32,000 nt of DNA from Candidatus Saccharimonadota bacterium (GCA_003516025.1 CP023991.1:1-32000); one strand, 5' to 3'. Positions 8,639 to 15,879 are shown, numbered from the stretch's first letter. Translations and numbers: made by a program. The notes: a model not told the origin generated them from the sequence alone.

Positions 8639-9688
8639 ATGAGTATGTTGAAACGACTTGGCGTAGGGCTGGTGAGCTCACTATTGATAACTATGGCGAC
8701 GTGCTGGATTGTACTGGCCGCGCTGCAAAGTACTATTGGTACGGCCGACAAGACTAAAACGCTACTCAATAACAGTGGCGCTTATCAGGCCGTGATACCC
8801 GATAAGCTCGTGGAAGCCGGCCAGAACAACTCTGAACTATCGGAATTATTATCCAACAGCCAGATACAAAAGTTATTCGCCGGCAGCTTGAGCGGCCAGA
8901 AGGTGGCCGAACAGGGAGACAGGGCGGTTGATGGCGTTTATGATTGGCTGGAAGGCAACACTGAGTCGCCTCAGGTGAAAATCAGCGTCACGCCTGACGA
9001 ATCGACTATTGGTGAAAGTGTTAATACATATGTAAACGATTTGCCGGTGTGCGCGGCAGGCGAAAATCCCGGAGCCAACATAACTACTGATCCGCTTTCG
9101 ATCCGCTGCATTCCAAATGGCATATCACCGAGTGTCATAACCAATTACCTTAAGGCGGCAGTCGCCAGTAACCCGGCGCTGGCTAACGGCGTACAAGTAG
9201 ACGAGAACGACTTACTGACCAACGGAAACCAGACTATCGACGACGCCTACAATTGGGCGCCAGCCGCCTACCAGGGCGCGCAAGCACTCCCGGTTATCAC
9301 CGCCGTAATTGGACTGGTGTGTATCGGCCTGCTGCTAGTGTTACTCAAATTACGTGCCGGCCTAAAGGCGGTTGGCGTGCAGTTAGTAACTATTGGTGCC
9401 GTCCTGGCAATTGGATCAGCCCTGATCGCCGGGGCCCTTAAAACGGTTCTGAATAATGTAATACCGGGATCTGAGACCGTAAATATCGCTAACGCCTTGA
9501 CTAAGCTGACGACCGAATTCAGCGACGCCTATAGAGGCAATATTATAAAGTTTGGGCTGTACGTGGCACTTCTCGGCGCCATTCTGTGGATTATAAGTTT
9601 TATCTTAGGACGCAGGGCACGTGGCGCTGTTACGAAACCACCGCAAGCTCAAGATACCAATGCGTTTAACAGACAAATAAACAGTTAG
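8639..9688 (+). CDS. hypothetical membrane protein (N-terminal TM, ~230-aa exposed domain, C-terminal multi-TM block)
   Basis: Hydrophobic LGVGLVSSLLITMATCWIVLAAL near the N-terminus and several TM segments from about residue 250 onward. Start is ambiguous: ATG 8639 or ATG 8645. The track start 8570 overlaps the HIT gene. Confidence 0.65.
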   Translation: MSMLKRLGVGLVSSLLITMATCWIVLAALQSTIGTADKTKTLLNNSGAYQAVIPDKLVEAGQNNSELSELLSNSQIQKLFAGSLSGQKVAEQGDRAVDGVYDWLEGNTESPQVKISVTPDESTIGESVNTYVNDLPVCAAGENPGANITTDPLSIRCIPNGISPSVITNYLKAAVASNPALANGVQVDENDLLTNGNQTIDDAYNWAPAAYQGAQALPVITAVIGLVCIGLLLVLLKLRAGLKAVGVQLVTIGAVLAIGSALIAGALKTVLNNVIPGSETVNIANALTKLTTEFSDAYRGNIIKFGLYVALLGAILWIISFILGRRARGAVTKPPQAQDTNAFNRQINS

Positions 9689-9726
9689 CACGTAAAAGAG
9701 CCCGACTAAAGCCGAGCCCATTTACG

Positions 9727-9816
9727 TGGCGGAGAGGGAGGGATTCGAACCCTCGGAACCGTTGCCGGCTCACTTGTTTTCGAGACAAGCCAATTCAACC
9801 ACTCTTGCACCTCTCC
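9727..9816 (-). tRNA. tRNA-Ser (anticodon CGA)
   Basis: Reverse complement is GGAGAGGTGCAAGAGTGG...CTCGAAA...GGTTCGAATCCCTCCCTCTCCGCCA. It has a 7-bp acceptor stem, anticodon loop CU-CGA-AA, long variable arm, T-loop and encoded CCA. Confidence 0.9.
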
Positions 9817-9953
9817 CTACATAGTCAAACTACTGCAAAGTATTGTAACAGATTGAACAAGTTTGACGACAGCCATTTTGCCTCTAGCCAGCGAAGCGAA
9901 TTTATGATAGGATTACATCTGTAGTTTTTCCGCTTTCGTACAGACATATATAT

Positions 9954-10030
9954 GTACCCGTAGCTCAGCTGGATAGAGCGTTGGCTTGCGGAGCCAAAGG
10001 CCGCAGGTTCGAATCCTGCCGGGTACACCA
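9954..10030 (+). tRNA. tRNA-Arg (anticodon GCG)
   Basis: GTACCCG-TA-GCTC-AGCTGGATA-GAGC-G-TTGGC-TTGCGGA-GCCAA-AGGCC-GCAGG-TTCGAAT-CCTGC-CGGGTAC-A-CCA. A full cloverleaf can be drawn by hand, and positions 34-36 are GCG. Confidence 0.9.
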
Positions 10031-10044
10031 TCATGCTAATGCTT

Positions 10045-10077
10045 AAAAGGCTTCTCTGATGAGCAGCCTTTTAATTT
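10045..10077 (+). terminator. rho-independent terminator after tRNA-Arg
   Basis: AAAAGGCT (10045-10052) pairs with AGCCTTTT (10065-10072), followed by a T-rich tail. Confidence 0.6.
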
Positions 10078-10144
10078 GGTGTTATTATGTTATTTATTAG
10101 CATTGCGTTCGTATCCTAGCAATTGTGTAGTATAGTTTAATGAC

Positions 10145-10495
10145 ATGAAAATAGATGACTCCGATACAACTATCAAAGACTTAACTGATTTATACTACGC
10201 ATTTTCCAAAGAGCGCAATTGGGAAGAGGGTTACAACCCATCATTTTTGACAAAATCTATCATTATCGAAGCAGCCGAGCTTCTTGAACATTTCCAAAAA
10301 TCTGACGGTAAAGCATCTATGGATAAAATGCAGGACCCACAAGCCAAGCAAGCCGTAGCATGGGAAATGGTCGACGTACTATACTACCTATTAATGTTGT
10401 CTCGGATCCTTGAAATTGACGTAGTGCAATCCTCAAAAGAAAAACTTGAGAATTTGGCATCAAGGTATACAGCAAAACGTATCAAGACATCATAA
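10145..10495 (+). CDS. MazG-like all-alpha nucleoside triphosphate pyrophosphohydrolase
   Basis: 116 aa. ExxE (EAAELLEH) and ExxD (EMVDVLYY) metal-binding motifs have the spacing typical of small MazG/dCTPase-like proteins. TATAGT lies 8 nt upstream of the ATG. Confidence 0.7.
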   Translation: MKIDDSDTTIKDLTDLYYAFSKERNWEEGYNPSFLTKSIIIEAAELLEHFQKSDGKASMDKMQDPQAKQAVAWEMVDVLYYLLMLSRILEIDVVQSSKEKLENLASRYTAKRIKTS

Positions 10496-10511
10496 TATAT
10501 TAAGCCGAGTG

Positions 10512-11450
10512 ATGAATGTAAAATTATCCGCCAACGATTTTGAAACCGTTATAAGCCAAAGAGTGGGTGATAGCAGGTTGGCGGAGTTAAAATCTATCAC
10601 TGCTCACGACCTGCCACCCGTTGCATATACCTCTTTTGACGGAGACATGTGGTCGCACAGTGAGTTAATGAAACAATATGTATTACGTAATGGTGCAGTA
10701 CCCCTGCATCCCGAAGCCGCTCTCGGCACGTACTTAGTGACTAATCATTACAAAGGCGATAAAGGCCCTATCATCGACGACTGTTTAAGTTTGATCAATG
10801 CGGTTGATGAGTTTTATGTTATGTCAACGGTCATGCCAGAAAAAGAGACAGACATTAGAGAACTGCCTGAAGGCGTGTTGGCGGAAGTCGTATACTGGAC
10901 CGCTCGTCGGAATAAGAAAATTAAATACATAGATATTTCTACGTATGCAGACAAAAAGGACTATGAGCATAGTCCTAAAATAATCGACAATTTGGCTACT
11001 GCCCAACAGGACGGAATCCGAGCAGCAACAAGCAAGAATAGGAAGCTAAGGAAGATAGCTTACTTATTATCTGGAGAATCTCATGCTAAACATACCGACT
11101 GGATGCGTCAGGATGCTTACGATAACGAATTGGTTCCTTTGTCTCCTTATACACTTCTAAACTACGGTACGCTTCAAATTGCATATCCAAATGATTATTT
11201 TATGCAAATTAAATGTCGAATGGCACTCGCCATAAGAGCAGACGTCGTTAACGTCTACGGTATACAACCGGAGCAGGACTTTGAGTTAATTAAACTGCCG
11301 GACGATACACTCTGTGAATTATACGTAATTATGCGTCTTAAACCCGAGACACATGTGAATTATAAATATTTCGGAGACGTAGGAGTGCCCAAATATACAG
11401 ATAGGAAAAAGTGGGTCATCACTGAGTACGAGCAAGGACTAACGGAATGA
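10512..11450 (+). CDS. hypothetical protein with an internal tandem duplication; each half resembles a nucleoside 2-deoxyribosyltransferase-like / DUF4406-like domain
   Basis: The two halves align by eye:
- half 1: VAYTSFDGD..MKQYVLRNGAVPLHPEAAL..IDDCLSLINAVDEFYV..LPEGVLAEVVYW
- half 2: IAYLLSGES..MRQDAYDNELVPLSPYTLL..KCRMALAIRADVVNVY..LPDDTLCELYVI
Start taken at ATG 10512 (MNVKL), 17 nt after the MazG stop. Confidence 0.55.
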   Translation: MNVKLSANDFETVISQRVGDSRLAELKSITAHDLPPVAYTSFDGDMWSHSELMKQYVLRNGAVPLHPEAALGTYLVTNHYKGDKGPIIDDCLSLINAVDEFYVMSTVMPEKETDIRELPEGVLAEVVYWTARRNKKIKYIDISTYADKKDYEHSPKIIDNLATAQQDGIRAATSKNRKLRKIAYLLSGESHAKHTDWMRQDAYDNELVPLSPYTLLNYGTLQIAYPNDYFMQIKCRMALAIRADVVNVYGIQPEQDFELIKLPDDTLCELYVIMRLKPETHVNYKYFGDVGVPKYTDRKKWVITEYEQGLTE

Positions 11451-11980
11451 TAAGCCGCCCATTTACGGAAATTCCGAGAATCGTAGTAGTGAACGGCGAT
11501 GTGTGTTCGGGCAGCTCAACGATCGCCCGTGAGATATCTACCAGTTTAAGCTACGATTATGTCGACGTAGGACAGCTGTTTCGATTAGAACTCAAGCGAG
11601 ATCCATCCCTTAATTTGGGCAGACTATCACTGCAGCTAAACGAAAAAGTGCGAGATAGGATAGCGACTGGCAGCAAATGCGTTATAGAAGGAAGGTTAGT
11701 TGGGCAGCAGGCACAGGGTTTCGAAGATATAGGTAAGGTACTGTGCACGGCGCAAGAATCTGTAATTCTTAGACGATACATGGAGAGGGAAGGCATACCT
11801 TATGCAGAATTAGCGATGCAATCCTTGACCGCGCGTTACACTCACGACGATGAAATACTTTCAAAGACATGGGGGATTACACGAGCCGACGCGTTAAACC
11901 CTGGCTTGTACGATGTAGCTATAGACACCTCGCATTCAAGTCCAGCAGAAATCGTTCGTGATCTCGGGTTCTCGACTTAG
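11447..11980 (+). CDS. cytidylate-kinase-like P-loop protein lacking the Walker A lysine
   Basis: RIVVVNGDVCSGSSTIAREIS resembles the (d)CMP kinase N-terminus, but GSST replaces GKST. The ATGA start/stop overlap with the upstream gene indicates translational coupling. Confidence 0.6.
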   Translation: MISRPFTEIPRIVVVNGDVCSGSSTIAREISTSLSYDYVDVGQLFRLELKRDPSLNLGRLSLQLNEKVRDRIATGSKCVIEGRLVGQQAQGFEDIGKVLCTAQESVILRRYMEREGIPYAELAMQSLTARYTHDDEILSKTWGITRADALNPGLYDVAIDTSHSSPAEIVRDLGFST

Positions 11981-12074
11981 CATATTCAAAACCATTTTCA
12001 GGTTACTCTGATGCTTAAACCTCGAATACGGGTTACCACTTCGTTGACTACGCTACACCATTTTCGTTATACAT

Positions 12075-12113
12075 ATAAAGTGCTTTTCAGATGAAAAGTA
12101 CTTTATATTTTTT
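12075..12113. terminator. bidirectional rho-independent terminator between convergent genes
   Basis: ATAAAGTGCTTTTC (12075-12088) pairs with GAAAAGTACTTTAT (12093-12106), 14 bp with one G-U. The loop is AGAT. An A-rich run precedes it and a T-run follows. Confidence 0.75.
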
Positions 12114-12123
12114 GAATTCTAGT

Positions 12124-13026
12124 CTACCAAATCTCGACATCAAGCTTTTTGAGTATCGTATCAATATTATTATCCGACACAATGTCTTTCCAGCCCCTAT
12201 GTCCAATTACCTGATAGCTATACGCATATAAATTTTTTGTATTGAAATACGGAATAGGGTCAGCAGCATGCTCTGTAAGGTAATTCTTTAGTCTGCGGCT
12301 AAACTCAGAGGTAAGTATGACCTCCCTGAAGCCAGCTTCAATACTCCGCAGTTCATCGATGGAATACATATCTTTTTTAAGCATCCTAAACTTGTGTGAG
12401 TAACCGACAAGATCCTGATATTCAGCCCATTCATCGCCGCTGTCGTAACAATTCCTAATCCGCTGGACCATTACATTTATCTCTGAAAGCGCAAGCGCTT
12501 GAAGAAGATAGACGGCAAGCGGTTTTAGGTCGAAGGGACATTCTTTGACGCGGTATGTTACGGAAAACTCTGCAAAACTGTGCGGAGATGTATTACTAAA
12601 CTGTATTAATTTCGAGTTTAATTCTCGCGCATCATCATTAATAGGATTTGATCTTAAGAAATCCTCGCGCATCGTCCAAGGCAAAGTATGTAATTCATGG
12701 ACCTCATCTAATAACTCTGGTACATCATACTGAACAAGTCGCTCATATTCACTGCTGATTTGATTAACTGCAGCTGTAATGTCATCCGAGTCTATACGTA
12801 CACTTTCCAGTATCGATAATAATCCTGTAATCATCGTCTCATGAGCAGCTTCAACGGATATAACAATAATGCCGTCATATGTATTCGCATTTAATTCATA
12901 GTCAAGAAGCGGTGCGTAGCGTTGTACCATGAAAAAATCATTGATTTTGTCAGCAATTATATGTTCATAAATATGTCCGACGGAATGGAAGGCAGATTGC
13001 TTTATTAGTGTAATCTCGGGTCTCAT
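12124..13026 (-). CDS. hypothetical protein, 300 aa, with an N-terminal HxxEH motif
   Basis: AT-rich long ORF. Residues 18-22 read H-I-Y-E-H, the inverted zinc motif of M16/pitrilysin-type proteins. The rest was not recognisable by eye. TAATAT lies 6 nt upstream of the ATG. Confidence 0.6.
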   Translation of the reverse strand: MRPEITLIKQSAFHSVGHIYEHIIADKINDFFMVQRYAPLLDYELNANTYDGIIVISVEAAHETMITGLLSILESVRIDSDDITAAVNQISSEYERLVQYDVPELLDEVHELHTLPWTMREDFLRSNPINDDARELNSKLIQFSNTSPHSFAEFSVTYRVKECPFDLKPLAVYLLQALALSEINVMVQRIRNCYDSGDEWAEYQDLVGYSHKFRMLKKDMYSIDELRSIEAGFREVILTSEFSRRLKNYLTEHAADPIPYFNTKNLYAYSYQVIGHRGWKDIVSDNNIDTILKKLDVEIW

Positions 13027-13170
13027 ATCAACATATTACAACATAGACAGAGTTTTATAAGTCATCAGGCTAACTTAACAGGTTAATAGAACTCCGTTAA
13101 GTATTTAATGAGTACAGTGGCATATGTACTATTCTATGATCTTGGTTCTAACCTCAGCTAGTTTGCTACA

Positions 13171-13210
13171 CCAAAGAAAAAGCCTCTCGCATGTGAGGCT
13201 TTTTCTTTGG
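13171..13210. terminator. perfect 16-bp hairpin, probable bidirectional terminator
   Basis: CCAAAGAAAAAGCCTC (13171-13186) and GAGGCTTTTTCTTTGG (13195-13210) are exact complements with an 8-nt loop. U-rich tracts lie at the 3' side on both strands. Confidence 0.65.
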
Positions 13211-13350
13211 TCTGTAGCATTCCGGTTCTGCGGCACAGATTTTGCTTCAGCAAAGATGCGAGCCGCCGGTTCGGTCGCCAACCTGCACGCGCAGGTGCTG
13301 GCACCGAGCACACAGGGAAGGCGTGCGATTATCCTGCCAGGTACGCCCGT
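13211..13350. ncRNA. unclassified GC-rich, hairpin-dense noncoding element
   Basis: About 140 nt of markedly GC-rich sequence in an AT-rich intergenic region. Several short stem-loops are visible: CCTGC-ACGC-GCAGG, GGTG-CTGG-CACC, TTTGC-TTCA-GCAAA and GCAC..GTGC. The track ORFs here (13124-13428) have no start signals. Strand and identity are unknown. Confidence 0.3.
13331..13347 (+). repeat. direct repeat of the tRNA-Arg 3' end (att-like)
   Basis: ATCCTGCCAGGTACGCC (13331-13347) versus ATCCTGCCGGGTACACC (10013-10029). That is 15/17 identical, on the same strand. Confidence 0.5.
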
Positions 13351-13369
13351 TTTAATACACGCGTCAAAC

Positions 13370-14011
13370 TTAGTTTTCTATGGTATGTATATTTGCATCC
13401 AATAAAGATTGCGGGGTCTGCATTATAATCCTTAAATCATTTTGAACGGAAGCAGTTTCAATATAACCCAGATCAAGTCGCATCGACCGGGCATACACCT
13501 CATCAGTAGATGACCTGTAGTGATGCCGGAATAATTGGCCTGGGCCCGTTAGTCCTGGTTTGGAGAGTTTGTAGGCCTCCTGCCAATCGTCGAAAAGGGC
13601 AGGGTCTACACTGGACATACGATCAAAGTCAATTTGTAATAAAGGACGGATGCCTACCAGGGACATGTGGCCAAGAATAACATTTGCTAATTGCGGAGCT
13701 TCGTCCAGGCCATACTGCCGTATTTTTTGTCCTACTTTGGAAGCGCGGCTGTCGAAAGTGCCGAAAGTTGCACCCGGACCGTCCGTTAAAGATCGGCGCA
13801 ATGTCCGGAGCTTAATCAAATCGAATGCCTTGCCTTTGTTACCGATCCTACTCTGAGTTAAGAACGGATTAAGAGACCGTGTATCAACAGCACTGGTGGC
13901 AGCGGCCGATGCGACCAGTGGAAATAATGCGCCTGCTAGAGCGAGACCACCTATAAAGTCGAGCTGCCGCTTGAGTGGGCTTTGAAGATATTCTGGACCA
14001 GTTATTTTCAT
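13370..14011 (-). CDS. bacterial sugar transferase (monotopic phosphoglycosyl transferase, WbaP/PglC-like)
   Basis: LKRQLDFIGGL.., SRIGNKGKAFDLIKLRTL, DEAPQLANVILGHMSLVGIRPL and KPGLTGPGQL match the conserved blocks of the Bac_transf family. Confidence 0.85.
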   Translation of the reverse strand: MKITGPEYLQSPLKRQLDFIGGLALAGALFPLVASAAATSAVDTRSLNPFLTQSRIGNKGKAFDLIKLRTLRRSLTDGPGATFGTFDSRASKVGQKIRQYGLDEAPQLANVILGHMSLVGIRPLLQIDFDRMSSVDPALFDDWQEAYKLSKPGLTGPGQLFRHHYRSSTDEVYARSMRLDLGYIETASVQNDLRIIMQTPQSLLDANIHTIEN

Positions 14012-14093
14012 AAGATACGGTTTAATATACCATCAATAGCGGCCAATACGAATGACGGTCTTTCATAAGTCCCATTTATGCCATAATTACAAA

Positions 14094-15143
14094 ATGAACA
14101 GTGACATACAGGACATCATTAGTAGCTACATCGACGACGGCGTTATTCCCGGAGCAGTGGTCGGCTACATAAAAAGTGACGCCAGCAGCATCCTCCCGTT
14201 CGGACGTTTTACCTACGCCAACGACGCGCCCCTTGTTGAGGAAGATACCGTGTACGACGTTGCCTCGATTACAAAATCGATTCCGACGGCAACGCTGCTG
14301 TTATTACTCGCCGAGCAGGGAGTGCTGAGTTTACATGACAGAGTTATCGATTATGTTCCCGAACTAACCAATAAGTACCGCGCGGATATAGAAATACGCC
14401 ATTTACTAAGTTACACCGTGGTATTCGACATTGAAGAACTCAGTTCTATAGCGTCCCACGGTGGCGAGGAAATATTGCAGACGATCTTCAGCGCGGAACT
14501 GAAAGCAAAGCCCGGCGAAATGTTTTTATATACTAATGCGCCAGCCATCCTCGCGGGTCTTATTATTGAAAGAGCCACCGTGAGCCGGCTGGACCAAGTT
14601 GCTGAACGGGAATTATTCAAACCGCTCGATATGCGGCACACAACCTTCCATCCGCGCGCTGACATCGGCAAAGACGGTACGCCGCCCACAGAAATTAACG
14701 ATAGAGGCAAACTACAGGCGGTCGTACACGACGAAGCAGCTAACGCGCTCCAGGAGCAGGGGATAATCGCCGGAAACGCCGGCCTCTTTACGAATGTTCC
14801 CGATCTACTCAAATTTTGTCAGGCTACTTTTGACGCGTACGCGGGTAAAGAAAATATCCTGAACAGGCCCGTGATAACTGCGATGCACGCTAACGCGAGC
14901 AACGTACCCGGCTCTCCCTACGGGCTGGGTTGGGAAATTGCTAATAGGGACCACATGGGCCACTATTTTACCCCTGCGACATTTGGTAAAACAGGGTTCA
15001 CCGGCTCTTCGATCATCATCGACCCATTAACGCGGGCCGCGGTAGTTATCCTGACCAATAATACGTATCCGACAAGACCCGACGATGCTTCGACTATCAA
15101 CTCGTTGCGGAGCAGAATTTGCGACGTTATATTGAAGCCCTGA
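14094..15143 (+). CDS. serine hydrolase of the beta-lactamase / DD-peptidase (class C-like) family
   Basis: SxxK (ASITKS), YxN (LYTNAP) and KTG (GKTGFTG) motifs are all present. Start set at ATG 14094 because TGcCATAAT (14079-14087) lies 6 nt upstream. The track ORF begins at 14052. Confidence 0.8.
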   Translation: MNSDIQDIISSYIDDGVIPGAVVGYIKSDASSILPFGRFTYANDAPLVEEDTVYDVASITKSIPTATLLLLLAEQGVLSLHDRVIDYVPELTNKYRADIEIRHLLSYTVVFDIEELSSIASHGGEEILQTIFSAELKAKPGEMFLYTNAPAILAGLIIERATVSRLDQVAERELFKPLDMRHTTFHPRADIGKDGTPPTEINDRGKLQAVVHDEAANALQEQGIIAGNAGLFTNVPDLLKFCQATFDAYAGKENILNRPVITAMHANASNVPGSPYGLGWEIANRDHMGHYFTPATFGKTGFTGSSIIIDPLTRAAVVILTNNTYPTRPDDASTINSLRSRICDVILKP

Positions 15144-15233
15144 AGCTAGTCGGGAAACTTTTTACTCACTTTGGCGGTAATAGTGTTTTTACCACTACGA
15201 CGCAGCCACTTCAGTGAAACCTCAACTTTCATT

Positions 15234-15242
15234 TGGTATAAT
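15234..15242 (+). promoter_or_regulatory. extended -10 promoter TGgTATAAT inside the annotated 5' end of the VKOR ORF
   Basis: TGGTATAAT at 15234-15242. An in-frame GTG at 15250 follows 7 nt later. Confidence 0.55.
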
Positions 15243-15249
15243 GTTGGCA

Positions 15250-15837
15250 GTGAAACGGCTTGCCAAACTCCCGAAAATTTTGCCGTACATCCTGATTATC
15301 TGCGGTACTATCGGCCTCATCTGCGCGTTTGTGATTATGTACGAAAAGCTGCAGCTGCTGGCAGACCCGTCATACAAGCCGGCCTGTAGTATAAATCCGG
15401 TGATCAGCTGCGGTAGTATTATGAAATCCGATCAAAGCCACCTGTTTGGCTTTCCGAACCCGATAATTGGCCTGGCGGCATTTCCCGTACTGATTACTAC
15501 CGGTGTCGCCATGCTGGCCGGCGCACAGTTTAAGCGCTGGTACTGGCGTGGCTTACAAATTGGATCGCTGCTTGGCGTAGCATTTGTAACCTGGTTATTC
15601 TTTGAGAGCGTTTACCGCATTGGCGCGCTCTGCCCATACTGCATGGTCGTGTGGACAATTACTATCATGACATTTTGGTATGTCACCCTGTATAACTTGC
15701 AGCAGGAACATATAAGACTGAACCCACGTGTTGCCAACTTCTTACAGCAACATCACTTTGATATTTTGCTAATGTGGTACCTGGTTATTGCCGGACTGAT
15801 ATTGCAACACTTCTGGTACTTTTTTGGTCCTAGCTAA
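15250..15837 (+). CDS. vitamin K epoxide reductase (VKOR) family protein
   Basis: Loop cysteine pair CSINPVISC, active-site CPYC and a 4-5 TM pattern. Start proposed at GTG 15250 (MKRLAKLPKIL...). The track ORF starts at 15214, upstream of the promoter. Confidence 0.8.
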   Translation: MKRLAKLPKILPYILIICGTIGLICAFVIMYEKLQLLADPSYKPACSINPVISCGSIMKSDQSHLFGFPNPIIGLAAFPVLITTGVAMLAGAQFKRWYWRGLQIGSLLGVAFVTWLFFESVYRIGALCPYCMVVWTITIMTFWYVTLYNLQQEHIRLNPRVANFLQQHHFDILLMWYLVIAGLILQHFWYFFGPS

Positions 15838-15879
15838 GACTAGGTAAAATACTGCTTTTTGATACATTAATAGGTAATC

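Larger units (their letters stand above)
10031..13347. other. low-GC islet inserted 3' of tRNA-Arg (possible degraded integrative element; no integrase seen)
   Basis: Hand GC counts of sampled 60-nt lines give mostly 30-45 percent inside (one line reached 52 percent) and 48-53 percent in the flanks. The left edge is the tRNA-Arg 3' end. The right edge carries a same-strand 15/17 copy of that end (13331-13347). Confidence 0.45.

Noticed and set aside
9825-10034. Track ORFs overlapping tRNA genes (9825-10034, 23852-24085, 24099-24317)
   Set aside because: They are read through tRNA-Arg or the tRNA-Ser genes and their spacers. They are artefacts of open frames over RNA genes.
10031-13347. Calling the low-GC islet an active prophage or integrative element
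   Set aside because: No integrase, excisionase, capsid, terminase or transposase-like ORF is present. The only evidence is composition, the tRNA position and one imperfect 17-nt repeat.
13211-13350. Identity as SRP RNA, tmRNA, RNase P RNA or 6S RNA
   Set aside because: None of the expected signatures was found on either strand:
- no SRP helix 8 GGAA-tetraloop/AGCA context
- no tmRNA tag ORF or GGGGC 5' end
- no RNase P GAGGAAAGUCC or ACAGAA-CCGGCUUA blocks
It is kept only as an unclassified structured element.
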